Part shown: positions 13,180-25,658 of the stretch, one piece after another | Numbering within the stretch: position 1 is the stretch's first letter | Layout: each line of letters starts with the position of its first letter | DNA from: Octopus vulgaris | Taxonomy: Eukaryota | DNA: 64,000 nt | Reading direction: 5' to 3' | Assembly (NCBI GenBank): GCA_951406725.2 | Contig: OX597819.1 | Coordinates: forward strand, 40,300,001-40,364,000 | The notes under the pieces: generated by a model | Database searches by the model: none | What the model saw: the letters and a program-made list of their open reading frames with translations, nothing else | Told to the model about the DNA's origin: nothing | Translations under genes and position numbers: made by a program

Positions 13180-14430
13180 ACCAATCAAGTGCACCAATTA
13201 CCACAACAATAATTGTTGCCTTAGTCGTTCAGTCTCCTCAGCTCTCTGGATAAATCCAAATATTTCTCCATGTTTTCAATTTCTTCGGTATCATCTCTGC
13301 AATCATAGGGAATTGCAAAATCTATTACCTTAACACTGTTTATTTTGTCCTTCCCTTGCTTCAGTAGTATTGTCAGTCTTTATGGGGAAGTCCTACAAGA
13401 TCCTGTGATTCTCAGTTTCTGTCCTTTGGTTCATATTCATACCACTTTTCTTTTATTTCGAAGTCACACACTCATCTAACATCCTGATGCACTCTTTTGT
13501 TGTCATAGTCATGCCTGCACTTATACTCCTTTTGTGCTACTATACTGCACTCACTCAAAATATAATTGATAATTTCAGCTCCTTTACTGCAGATTCTACA
13601 TTTGCTGTTTGAGTGAGTTTTGTTGAGTTTTGCCTTTATCAGATTTGTTCTAAGGGTTTGTTCCAGAATGGCTTTAATTAGCAATTCTGTCACTCATTTC
13701 AAGTTCCTGTCAGCATTCTTTACTTTCAACTTTCTTGGTTAGTTCCATGAATTGACCATGTAATTACCTTTCTTTCCATTTGTTTGTTCTATTGTTCTTC
13801 CTTTTCTCTTTGATTTCTCCTTCTGCTCCAGTAACTTTGGGGTTGATAAAATAAATACCAGTCTGGGGTGGATGTAATCAACTTATACCTCCTTCCAAAA
13901 GACTACTGTTCTTGATCCAAAATTTGAAACCTTTATTATTTAGAGAAATAATCTTCCATTTTGAGATAACTGCATATGATGAGGTTTTTTGTCTCTGTCT
14001 GCCCTAACATCAATTTATGTCTTGATAAAAACAAAAGCAATAAGTAATTTCAAAATGCCCATCAGCTACTGTACAAAAAAACTAACAAACCATGTTATTA
14101 TTTTAAATATCATACTAGTGGGGAGTGAGGCAGGTATCTTTGGCTGCAGATAGTATACTTACTTTACTCTGCACAACATAATTTTTCAGACCCAGTATCA
14201 CAGTATGAACAGTGTTTTTAGCATTTAGTAATCCATCAGCACCTTTCTTTCTTGGTAGGTGGAGTCTGTCGGTATTTCTCTAGAGTGGTGTGCATCATGC
14301 ATTATGAGCAGCTTTCAATTTCTCCTATCCAAGTTCTGTAGCTTGATCTTTGTCCATTTCAAAAAGGGAGCAAAGTATCTCAGTACTGGCATAACCCATG
14401 TATTTATGGCTTTGACGACCCTGTGCCAAA
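13180..14430 (-). pseudogene. R4/Dong-like (RLE-type) non-LTR retrotransposon fragment, interrupted at 13835-14120
   Basis: KAINTWVMPVLRY, RLHLPRKKG, CRICSKGAEIINYILSEC..AQKEYKCRHD (CCHC plus RHD), IDFAIP..E..EKY (RLE). Confidence 0.85.
13836..14116 (+). repeat. Local duplication: copy of 12802-13037 joined to copy of 14816-14849
   Basis: About 235 bp near-identical direct repeat plus 34 bp identical direct repeat. Confidence 0.95.
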
Positions 14431-14979
14431 ACTTGAAACCATTATTTATTTCACCATTATTTTACTGATGACAACGACAACAACAATGATGATGACGTTT
14501 ACTATGAATATTTTCTGACTAAAATTAATTCTGGAACAAACAATGGAAACCTAAGAATAACTGAAGTAGACTTAAGTAGATTAATTCTATTAATTCTTTT
14601 GTATCTACAAACAGTTGGCACAATTTCAGTCATATATAAATGTTGATCATGCTGTTGTTGTTGTTGTTGATTTAATACACTGTGATATGTTATTTTGCTG
14701 TCCAATTTGTTATTCTTAACATTTCTGGCATAATTTCCATTGCGTGCTGATCATAGGACAAGACATAGCATTAAAAACAAAAAACAAAAAAAACAACAGC
14801 AAAAAAAAAACAAAGTAACAAACCATGTTATTATTTTAAATATCATACTGTTACCATCATGTCTCACCATCATGGTGCCAATAAAGATATACTATGTTTG
14901 GTTATAATACTTACGATTTAATCTCTGATTGGCAGTATAATTGGAAGAGATTTCAAAGGAAAGTGTTTGTGAAATATAG

Positions 14980-16200
14980 CAGGCATGGCTGTATTGCTGA
15001 GTGGCTAAGAAGCTTGCTGTGCAGCTGTGTGATTCCAGGTTCAGTCCCATTGTGCAGCACCTTGGGCAAGTGTCTTCTTTTATAGTCCCTCAGTTAACCG
15101 ATACTTTATGAGTGAACTTGGTAGACGGAAAGTGTATGGAAAACCTGTTGTATATTTATATATGTACTTGTATGTGTTTGTCCCCCACCTCACTGTTTGA
15201 TAACTGGTGTTAGTTTGATTACATCTTTGTAACTTAACAGTTCAACAAAAGGGACCAATAGAATAAAAATCAGACTTAAAAAATAAGTACCAGGATTGAT
15301 TTGTTTGAGTAAAACCCTTCAAGGTGGTGCTACAGCATGGCTGTAATCCAATGAATGACACAAGTAAAAGATTAAAGACAAAAGATTGGTTTACCTGTCA
15401 CATCAGTCCAGGTGAGAAAGATGCTTCTAAGTTTTGTATTTTGTTTCTTTAATGTAGTCCTAGATCAGATTTAAATAAGCAGTCCTATGGTCAAAGGCAT
15501 TCCAGCTATGACCTTCCCATCTTTTATCAAGTAACCTTTTTTCTTTTTGCTGTTGCTGTTGTTTAAATCTTGGTTAGCTATGATCAAGTAGGTTAGCCAT
15601 ATTCTAGCCATGACCATCCTAACTTTTTTGTTAATACACTTCCTTACTTGTCATTATTGTTGTTGTTTGTTTAGCCCAAGGTCAGCCCTGAACATGCAGA
15701 TTTATGATCAAAAACATTCCCTCTATGACCATTATATCTTTTTCCCAAGTGTGGCTTATAAGCATAGGCATAGTCATGTGGTTAATAAGCTTGCTTCCCA
15801 ACCATGTGGTCTTGGGTTCAATCCCACTCTGTGGCACTTTTGGCAAGTGTCTTTTGCCAAAGCCCTGTGAGTGGATTTGATAGATGGAAACTGAAAGAAG
15901 TCTGGTGTGTGTGTGTGTGTGAGTGTGTATGTCTGTGTGTTTGTCTGTTTGTCTGTCTGTGTATGCATGTGTGTTTATATATTTATGTTTGTGCATATGT
16001 TTATGTATTTGTCCCACACCACTGTTTGACAACCAGTGTTGGTTTGTTTACATCCCCATAACTTAGTGGTTCAGCAAAAGAGACTAATAGAATAAGTAAC
16101 ACGTTTAAAAGAAATAAGTACTTGGGTTGATTTGCTTGACTAAACCTGTCAAGATAGTGTTCCAGCATGGCCATAGTCCAATGACTGAGACAAGTAAAAA
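14980..16200 (+). mobile_element. Two older family A SINEs (14980-15380, 15765-16200)
   Basis: Diverged head, CORE and tail blocks. Confidence 0.75.
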
Positions 16201-16474
16201 AATAAAAATATCTTTTCCTGCTGCTGGGTGATTAGGTGATGGTCTAGGGCTTAGGGGCGGGAGACCCCAGACCTTGGGAAAAAAAAAACTTTCGTCATCT
16301 TGTTGTAGTTGAGGGCTCTTCGTTGACATCACTGGGAGGTGGCCCTCGAAGTTGCTGGAAATGGAGATCTCCAGGTCCAAATTCTTGAACAGCTGCTGTT
16401 GCTGCTGTTATTGTTGCTGTTGTCGTCGTCGTCATTATTGTTGTTGCTGCTGCTGATGATGATGTTGATGTTGA

Positions 16475-16838
16475 GCGAACGGTCTTCATCTCAGAGCTCA
16501 CAAGATGGGAGAAGTCCGAAACGTGGTCCTTTGCTATTCATAAGACCCGCAGAAGAGAAAGCAGGTCAGCCCCCGACACCAAGAGCATCGACGGATGGAT
16601 AAATGCGCATCCAGGCTCAGCGGTTGCATAGGAAGTCAGGGAAAGAAACAGGAAGAAAGAGTGAGAGAAAGTTGGAGCAAAAGAGTACAACAGGGGTCGC
16701 CATCACCCCCTGCCAGAGCCTTGTGGAGCTTTAGGTGTTTTCGCTCAATAAACACACACAATGCCCAGTCTGGGAATCGAAACCACGATCCTCTGACCGC
16801 AAGTCCGCTGCCCTAACCATTGGGCCATTGTGCCTTCC
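16475..16838 (-). mobile_element. tRNA-derived SINE family C, tail variant 1
   Basis: Head ggaaggcacaatggcccaatggttagggcagcggacttgcggtcagaggatcgtggtttcgattccc (A and B boxes); 5' half shared with 60803-61192. Confidence 0.85.
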
Positions 16839-17002
16839 CTTGCTGCTGCTGCTGTTGTTATTGTTGTTGCTCTTGAGCCCTTGGATAGCCCTTTTCAAGC
16901 AGACCAAACATTCAAAAGCATTCAAACTCTGATCATACCATCATTTTCCAGGCATTTTTCTCTTTTTTATAGAACAGCTGGAATATGATTTCAAGGAGAT
17001 TT

Positions 17003-17307
17003 AATAATAATAAAAATGAAATTATTGTATACAGTGCTCAGGTGCACCACAACTTGTCAAAAGTGCATATAAAGCATATGCGGTAATGTACAAATGTCTG
17101 GAAAGTGAACAGTGTATGAGTCAGATACATACTTGCGTGTGTATGGAGGGGAGAAAATCAGGTGTAGTGCTGGTGAATCTCAGGAAGCATGGAAGTTTTG
17201 AAGCATGCAGTGCTCCGACAACTAACCACTGATGCCGGCAGTTTGTTCCATACTTCAGCAACTCTTAGCGTAAAAAAATGTTTCTGGAAGTCATGGGAGC
17301 TGTGCTG
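17003..17307 (-). mobile_element. CR1-like LINE 3' end
   Basis: HDFQKHFFTLRVAEVWNKLPASVV motif, UTR and (ATT)n tail. Confidence 0.85.
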
Positions 17308-17871
17308 GTTATTATTTCTTGCAAACTACATAGACTCCTTCTTTGATTTGCTTAGCTGTATGCTGACTTATATAGATATTGATTCATATGTTTTGCATCA
17401 GTCATATTTCACATAAATTGTGGCTTCATCAGGGGTTTCCCTATTGTATGTAAGGTACCAGACCCCCATGGTATTACGGTATTTTTGAATGTGATAAAAT
17501 AAACAGTACAAAGTTGTTGTAATTGCCCAGCTTTCATTTATTTTTTCCATTTTTTTTTATATCTAAGACTATTGTTCTGTATATCTTTACATTATTAAGA
17601 GGGTAAGGTGAGATTTGAGAGAGATTTTACTACTATGTCTAGCACCCTGAGCAACTATCTAGAAACATCTTCATTGGTCCAATGTTCAGGCTGTTGTTGT
17701 AGATATTGCTTTTTCCCAGGTCAGCCATGATCAAGCAATCCTATGATCAAAGGCATTCCATCTGTGACCATCCCATCTTTTTCTTATGCACAGAGAATAA
17801 TATGAGGGAGATTTGGCTTCTGTTTCTAGTAGACCAAACAGCCATGTATAGACTTCTTTGGTGGCTCAATT

Positions 17872-18185
17872 CTGAGACCCCCTTCGGTCACGACACAGAC
17901 CATGGGATTGCACCTAGAAAGCTACCCTCCCAGGCACAAGTCTGGGCAAGATTGTTTATGGAAGACCAGCAGTCGCCCATGCATACCGGCCTCCTCTCTC
18001 TAGGGAAAGGCAGCAGCCGATACAGCTTGGCACCCGTGACGTCGCAACTCATTTCTACAGCTGAGTGAACTGGAGCAACGTGAAATAAAGTGTCTTGCTC
18101 AAGAACACAACACGCAGCCCGGTCCGAGATTCGAGCTCACAACCTCACGATCGTAAGCTCGACGCTCTAACCACTGAGCCATGGC
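17872..18185 (-). mobile_element. tRNA-derived CORE-type SINE family D
   Basis: tggctcagtggttagagcgtc..gagctcgaatctc (A/B boxes), tcttgagcaagacacttt core. Confidence 0.8.
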
Positions 18186-18459
18186 TCGATACACAGCAAA
18201 ATAATAAGTAAGGGTAGTTATTTATTTTTAACAATTTAGTAGGAGGAAGAAAAGACAATGGCTGTGATTATTAGAAGTTAAACTCCCAAACTGTTGAAAT
18301 TGATGTGGATGATATCCAGCCTGAAATAGTCAACCACTTCTGGTTGTTGTTCTTCTTGTTCTTGTTCTTGTTGTGCCGGCAGATCTATCATCAAAAAAAA
18401 TATGGTGAACAAGTAACACACTTCAATGTAATCTTCACAAATATGGGTGGATAATAAAT

Positions 18460-18675
18460 CACTGCTGCTGCTGTTGCTGTTGCTGTTGCTTTTGTTGTTG
18501 TTGTTGTTGTTGTTGTGTTGTTGTTGTTGTTGTTGTTGTTGTTGATGTTGCTGCAGGAGCAACTGTTGTTGTTGTTGTTGTTGTTGCTGCTGCTGCTGCT
18601 ACTGCTGCTGTTGTTGCTGATGTTGCCATCATTGTCATCATTGTTATTGTTATCATCATCGTTGTTGTTGTTGTG
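18460..18675. repeat. (TGT)/(TGC) trinucleotide array
   Basis: Directly visible. Confidence 0.95.
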
Positions 18676-18679
18676 GTAA

Positions 18680-19537
18680 GAAGCTGGGAGAGTCATTAGG
18701 ATGTCAGAAAATATGCCTTGCAGCATTTATTCTGACACCTTACATTCTGAGTTCAAATCCCACTGAAGTCAACTTTGCTTTTCAGCCTTTCAGGATTAAC
18801 TTTGTCATTCAGCCTTTCAGGGTCAATAAAATAATGTACCAGTCAAATAATAGAGTAAATGGTATCAACTTACCCTTTTTTCCCTCAAAATTACTGGCTA
18901 CATTGTGTCTTAAGCAAGAAAACCATTAAAAGACTAGCAAAATCATTAGTGCACTGGAAAAATGTTTGGCAATATTTGTCTTAGCTGTTTATGTTCTGAG
19001 TTCAAATCTTACTTGGGTCAACTTTGCCTTTCATGTTTCTGGGCTCAATAAAATTAAGTACCAGTCATGTACTGGGGTCGACATCATTGACTTAACTCCT
19101 CATCTCAAAATTGCTAGCCTTATGCCAAAATTAGAAAGATGCAGGAGTGGCTGTGAGGTAAAAAGCTTGCTTCCCAGCCACATGATTCTGAGTTCAGTCC
19201 CACTGCATGGCACCTTGGGCAAGTGTCTTCTGCTATAGCTTTGGGTCAACCAAAGCCTTGTGAGTGGGTTTGGTAGATGGAAACTAAAAGAAACTCATTG
19301 TATATATATATATATATATATGTATATATTCGTGTGTGTGTTTGTGTCTCCCCCCCATCATTTGACAACCGATGCTGGTGTGTTTACGTCCCTTTAACAA
19401 CTTAGTGGTTCATCAAAAGAGACCGATCGAATAAGTACTAGGCTTGCAAGGAATAAGTCCTGGGGGCAGTTTGTTCGAATAAAGGTGGTGCTCCAGCATG
19501 GCCACAGTCAAATGACTGAAACAAGTAAAAGAATAAA
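18680..19537 (+). mobile_element. SINE cluster: two family B copies then a family A copy (19140-19537)
   Basis: Consensus blocks as above. Confidence 0.8.
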
Positions 19538-20029
19538 AACAATTATTATTGTTGTTACCATTGTTAAGTTGTCAGAATCTTTTGCACATCAGATGACAAG
19601 CTTAGTAGCATTTCTTCCAGTTTCTTACATTCTGAGTTCAAATGAGCTTCTTAACCACATAGCCATGCATCCATTGGCATCGTGCTATACCCAAGAAGTG
19701 TTAAGGCTGGTCCCTAGTGAAGAGGATTGGCTTACAAGAGTCCTGTGCCAGTGTCACTTAAAGAGCACTTGTGCCAGTGCTACATAAATGCACTCATGTG
19801 ATACCATGTAAAAGGACCCAACATACTCTGTAGAGTGGTTGGCATCAGGAAAGAATTCTAGCCATAGAAACCATGCCAAATCAGATTGTATCCTGGTGCA
19901 GCTCTGGTCAAACCATCCAACCCATGCCAATGGACAATGAATGTTAAATGATGATGATGATAATGATAGAATTATCATTATTTCTAATTCTCTGTAAAGG
20001 AGACTATGGCAGCAGTACTGGATAATAGC

Positions 20030-20205
20030 TAATAGTTATCGCCAAGCTAATATGGCAGTCCAGAAAAATAGGATGAATGCTGCCGTTGATTAGCTCCAAG
20101 AGGCCATCACATAGCTAGCTAGAGGCAATGGCCTCTTGGAGCTAATCAACAGCAGCATTCGTCCTATTTTTCTGGACTGCCATGTTAGCTTGGCGATAAC
20201 TATTA
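20030..20205. repeat. Palindrome, 78-bp arms, 20-bp spacer
   Basis: taatagttatcgccaagctaa..gaggccat / cacatagctagctagaggca / atggcctc..ttagcttggcgataactatta. Confidence 0.97.
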
Positions 20206-20727
20206 ATATGATGATAATGATGATATAAATATAATCATTTTATAAATATAATCATGTTTGGAGCACCAGGCAGTTGTGTCAAGTATCAACTTGCTGCCTT
20301 AACAATGACAGCGGCAACAACAATAATACTGGTTTCAAATTTTGGCACAAGGTCAGCAATTTTGGGGGAGTGGGTAAGTCGATTAAATCAAACCCAGTGA
20401 TCAACTGGTACTTATTTTATCAACCCTAAAATGATGAAAAGCAAAGCCAACCTCAGCAAAATTTGAACTCACAACATAAAGGTAGATGAAATACCACTTA
20501 AGCATTTTACCTGGCATGCTAATGATTCAGTCAGTTTTCCTACCCTTCGATACATATAACATTAATCTGTGTGAGAGGCTGAGCACGAATGAGGTGAGAG
20601 AGTGGTTGGTCATTAAACATATCAGTTAAAGTGTCTTTGCTGAACAATAGATATAACTTTTTATGAGGAAATAAAATTCACTGATTAAATAATTAAAATA
20701 ATGACAATGGAAAATTTTCCAACTATA

Positions 20728-20945
20728 CAGGCTGGCCCAAAAGTAGGTTTATAGTTATTACCTAGGTACTTTAAATTTCATTTAAAACATTTTATTACAT
20801 TTAAATTTCTATCTTACAATTAACTAAATTAGCATAGAATAATGGTTTCATATTTTTTTTTTTTTATAATTAAGATCTAAACTGTTAATATATGAATGCG
20901 AAAGAGATAGTTGAATAACTTTAAGTCTACTTTTGGGCCACCCTG
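20728..20945. mobile_element. Tc1/mariner MITE
   Basis: About 31-bp TIRs cagg(c/g)tggcccaaaagtag..agttatt, TA on both sides. Confidence 0.9.
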
Positions 20946-21874
20946 TATGTTCATCTGCATGATGAACATATAATAGTTAAGTGAAGGGAACTGTACATAA
21001 GATGATCAGCTGAAAATAAATTTTAACTGAAATTTAATTTGCTGTAGCAGATGTTACTGCAATTTGAACCAGGAATCCCCAACTTTATTTTAAAGGATAT
21101 GTATAGGAAATTGGTCTTGCGGAGGAGGATTGGAATGAATATAATTAACAAAGTTAGTGATAAAAGTAAAGAGAAGAAAGTAAAAAAAGAATGAGGAGAG
21201 GAGGGGAAGAGGAGAGGAAGAACAAGAACAATGATGATGATGGTGATGAGAAGAAGAAGAAGAAGATGCTTTTGTATTTAGCTATCAGTTTTTCTTTGTG
21301 AATATATGGAGTTTGTAGTGTGTGTGTGTGAGAGAGTATTTTGCGGTTCTGTTTATATTTAACGTCTTCAGACAAAAAAATGAAAGAAAACTGTGTCCAT
21401 TGGTTGAACGGTAGTAGTAACTGAAATACTGATAAACCACCAATTCTTCAGAAACTTGTTCACTTCATTTTCACAGTAAATAAACGACACTGTAATAGCA
21501 CACACATACACACAAATGATGCCATCTTTCACGCTTTCTTAAGATCCTGCATACAGGCATCATTCACATGCCAGACATGCGCCACCACCATGAGCAGTCA
21601 GAGACAGACCGCAATACAAAACAAAACATCCTTTAACTAGGACATGACAACCCGGTCTTTCTCAACTGCACAAACATACAATCATTGTACACATCAAAGA
21701 ATCACCTCACACACATACATATAAATACATACTCTTCTATGCATAGGTTCACAGTTGAATTCTTTAATGTTAATATAAATTTTAGGCATTCTTGACAATC
21801 CCTCTCAGTGACATCATATATCTATCTGCTTGTCTATCTATCTTTCTCTCTCTCTTTTCATATACATATAAATG

Positions 21875-21918
<44 letters not shown>

Positions 21919-22143
21919 TACAATTGGCTTCTTTCAGTTTCCATCTATCAAATCCACTCACAAGGCTTTAGTCGGCCTGAGGCTATAGTAGAAGACACTT
22001 GCCCAAGGTGCCACACAGTGGGACTGAACCCGGAATAATGTGGTTGGTAAGCAAGCTAATTACCACACAGCCACTCCTATGCCTGTATATATCTATATCT
22101 ATATCTATATCTATAAATATATATATATATAAATACACATATG

Positions 22144-23250
22144 TACAAAAGAAGCCTTGGAACTCCCTGAATTTCAAAGAGGCTGTATTGTGGGTCAATT
22201 ACAAGGTGGACTTAGTGTAAAATTGCTGAAAACCTTGGGATCCCACTTTCTACAGTTAATAGAGTGATTGTGCAATTCACCAGAGAGGGGAAGGAGTCCA
22301 CATCCCCTCACCCAAGTCGACCAGGGCCCTCTGACAGGACCCTTCACTTTGTTCAGAGAAGTGTAGAGGATGATACTTGTTGCAAGGCCTCTGACATAGC
22401 AGAACATGTTGATGTCAGTCCCAGAATAGCTGTCAGGTATCTCCACAAATTTGGCTACTAGATAGAACAGCAAGAAGGAAGCCACTTCTTCAAATAGCCA
22501 ATATCAAGAAGAGAAAAAATTGGGCCAGTGAGATGGTGGAGAGGTCACTAGCATTTTGGGACCCTGTCATATTCTCTGATGAGTCCGGATTTACTGTATT
22601 TATTTTCTGACAGAGGTTGAGTGTGGATCTGGAGACACCATGATTAAGAATTTGATGTGAAAATATTGCAGCCAATAATGAAACATGGTAGCTATTCTGT
22701 GATGGTCTGGGGAGTAATTTGGAGCAATAGTTGACAAGAGCTAGTGGAATGTGAGGGAAACATAAACTCAGATACATATGTGTCCATATTGCAGAAAGGA
22801 CTTCTTCCAATCTTCTCCAGTGGTAAAATGATTAAAGAAGATTCTTTACTTATGGAAGATGGGGCTCCTTGTCCTATGACTAAAAAGAACCAAGATTGGT
22901 TGGATGCTTAAAAAGCATCCATGGTGAAGCTAGTCACCATATATGAACCTTATTGAACACCTCTGGGGCATAATGGACAGGATACTTCATAAAAAGAAGA
23001 AAGCATCCTCAAAGCCAAGTCTTTTGAGATCACTGCATGAAACTAAGAAAGAAATTCCCCAAGAGAATATTCATCATCTGATCAGGAGCATGCCTAATAG
23101 GGTCCTTGCATACAAAAATGCAAAGGGCATGACTACCAAATATTAGATATTCACATTATAATGATTAATAAATAATTTGAATGTATAATTTCAGATTTAA
23201 ATAAATTTTAACAATAATAAGTATAAGTGCGTTGATTTACTTCTGTCATG
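22144..23250 (+). pseudogene. Tc1-like (DD34E) transposase relic
   Basis: ARRKPLL, VIFSDES, MVWG, MEDGAPC, SPYMNLIEHLW (SPDLNPIENLW), SMPNRVLAYKNAKGMTTKY; disrupted. Confidence 0.9.
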
Positions 23251-23252
23251 TC

Positions 23253-23338
<86 letters not shown>

Positions 23339-23430
23339 ATATATGCCAGTCTGGAAAACAGATTTTAAATGGGGGTGATGATGATGATATATATGTATAT
23401 ACATACATACATACATATATACATACATAC

Positions 23431-23481
<51 letters not shown>

Positions 23482-23540
23482 TACATACATACATACATAC
23501 ATACATACATACATACATACATACATACATACATACATAC

Positions 23541-23770
23541 AGGAGATTCTGGATAAACAAGGATTTTCAGGAAGAGAAATTGACCAGCTAATTCGTACAT
23601 TAGAAGTGCAATCTGTAAGTGGAACAGTGAAAATATGCAAGACTTTTTTCAAGTTCCAAATGGGAATTTGTCTGTGTTAACTACGTCCCAAAGATGGAGT
23701 CTTGTATATTTGTTGGAAACTGGCTCCCTCCTCAGTGGAAGATTTCTAATAATTGAAAAATAGAAGAGAC
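23541..23770 (+). mobile_element. RLE-type non-LTR element 3' end embedded in (CATA)n
   Basis: LIRTLEVQSVSGTVKICKTFFKF C-terminus plus UTR, tetranucleotide repeats on both sides. Confidence 0.55.
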
Positions 23771-24209
23771 ATCTATCCATCCATCCATCCATACATACAC
23801 ACACATACATACATACATACATACATACATACATACATACATACATACATACATACATACATACTTAACAGTTTGGCAAAGGAGACCAACAGAATAAGTA
23901 CCAGGCTTTAGGGAAACATTAGAGTTAATTCGTTCAACTAACGACCCATCAAGGTGGTGCCCTAGTATAGCCACCATCCCATGACTGAAACTAATAAAAG
24001 TTAGAAAAGGTAGATCCAGGATTGTGGGTTAACAAGACTGTCAGATGGTTGGGCAAGAGTAGCTTGCAGTATCTGTTCTAGATCTTTGTGTTCTGAAAGT
24101 AATTCTGTATTGTCACTGATGCCAAACAGTATTGCCTCAAATTGGAAGCCTTTTCTTTTGATAATGTCAGTGGTATCAAAAGAGGAGATTTTCATTCCTG
24201 AAATAATCT

Positions 24210-24453
24210 CGCCAATGACCTGCTGTCTTGAGGAGACCTATTGAGTCAAGTACATGAACATAGAAATAAATATCAAATGGAAATAGTAGTTGTGATACCT
24301 GTGCCGGCGGCACGTAAAAAGCACCATCCGAACGTGGCCAATGCCAGCGCTGCCTTGACTGGCTTCTGTGCCGGTGGCGCATAAAAAGCACCAACCGATC
24401 GTGACCGCTGCCGGACTCCCCTTGCACCTGTGCCGGTGCCACGTAAAAAGCAC
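24210..24453 (+). mobile_element. RTE 3' UTR fragment with 3 minisatellite units
   Basis: gtgccggtggcacgtaaaaagcacc-type units; matches UTR of 46528-47571. Confidence 0.8.
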
Positions 24454-24462
24454 ATATACATA

Positions 24463-24679
24463 TGGTGAGGTACTGAAAATTTCCTGGTTTTAAGGGTATC
24501 TTGAAAGGCCTTATTAATGATCCAACCTTCCAAGTTCTTTTACAGGGCTTAGAAAAACTGAGGGACTGTTACAATAAGTGTGTGAATCTGAGAGGGGAAT
24601 TTGTTGGATAAAATCATAATTAATTGATCCTCTTGTATTTTCTTTTACCCAAAGCCAGGAGCTTTTCAGCGCCCCATCA
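24463..24679 (+). mobile_element. mariner-derived MITE (copies at 30681-30896 + and 63690-63897 -)
   Basis: TIRs gaggtactgaaaatttcctgg / ccaggagcttttcagcgcccc, TA flanks, residual KCVNLRGEFVG* transposase C-terminus. Confidence 0.8.
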
Positions 24680-25169
24680 TATACAGGTACCTGATCAACA
24701 TTGATTGAGAGAGGGCCAGCTGCCAATGACTGAAGTGAAAAGAAGTGAAAGAGGAGATACCAAGCACTATACTGTTATATTCAATTCCCTTTGATTTTAT
24801 TATGTATTTAAATTATGATGGAGCTGATAAAATAAGTACCAGAAAAATATTGAAGTCATTTTAATTGGCTATACTCTAACTAATCTACAGATTTATCGCT
24901 GCCTTGTGCCAACTAAAGAGATCAATATTCGCTTGGTATCAGCATAAAAGAAGAAAAGAAAATGAAGATAACAATTCTGTAGTGTTCTATCTTTTCCATT
25001 AGAAATCCACAGAGATATGTCTCTTTGACTTACATTTGCAGCAACTAAAAATAACTGTCCAATTTGAAACTTGGCATATTCTTTTATTGTTAGACAATAT
25101 AACTATATTCTAGTTTCTGGCTTTTCTAGGATAAACCTGTCTAGTTACTATTGAAAATTTTATTTTTAG

Positions 25170-25655
<486 letters not shown>

Positions 25656-25658
<3 letters not shown>

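Noticed and set aside
16210-16392. GC-rich minus-strand coding-like segment (FPKVWGLPPLSPRP)
   Set aside because: No splice context; more likely a LINE ORF1 fragment, and I cannot assign it
18278-18726. Poly-Q/poly-N protein exon (also poly-D/M at 34.0 and 50.1 kb)
   Set aside because: Trinucleotide repeats without convincing splice signals or coding flanks
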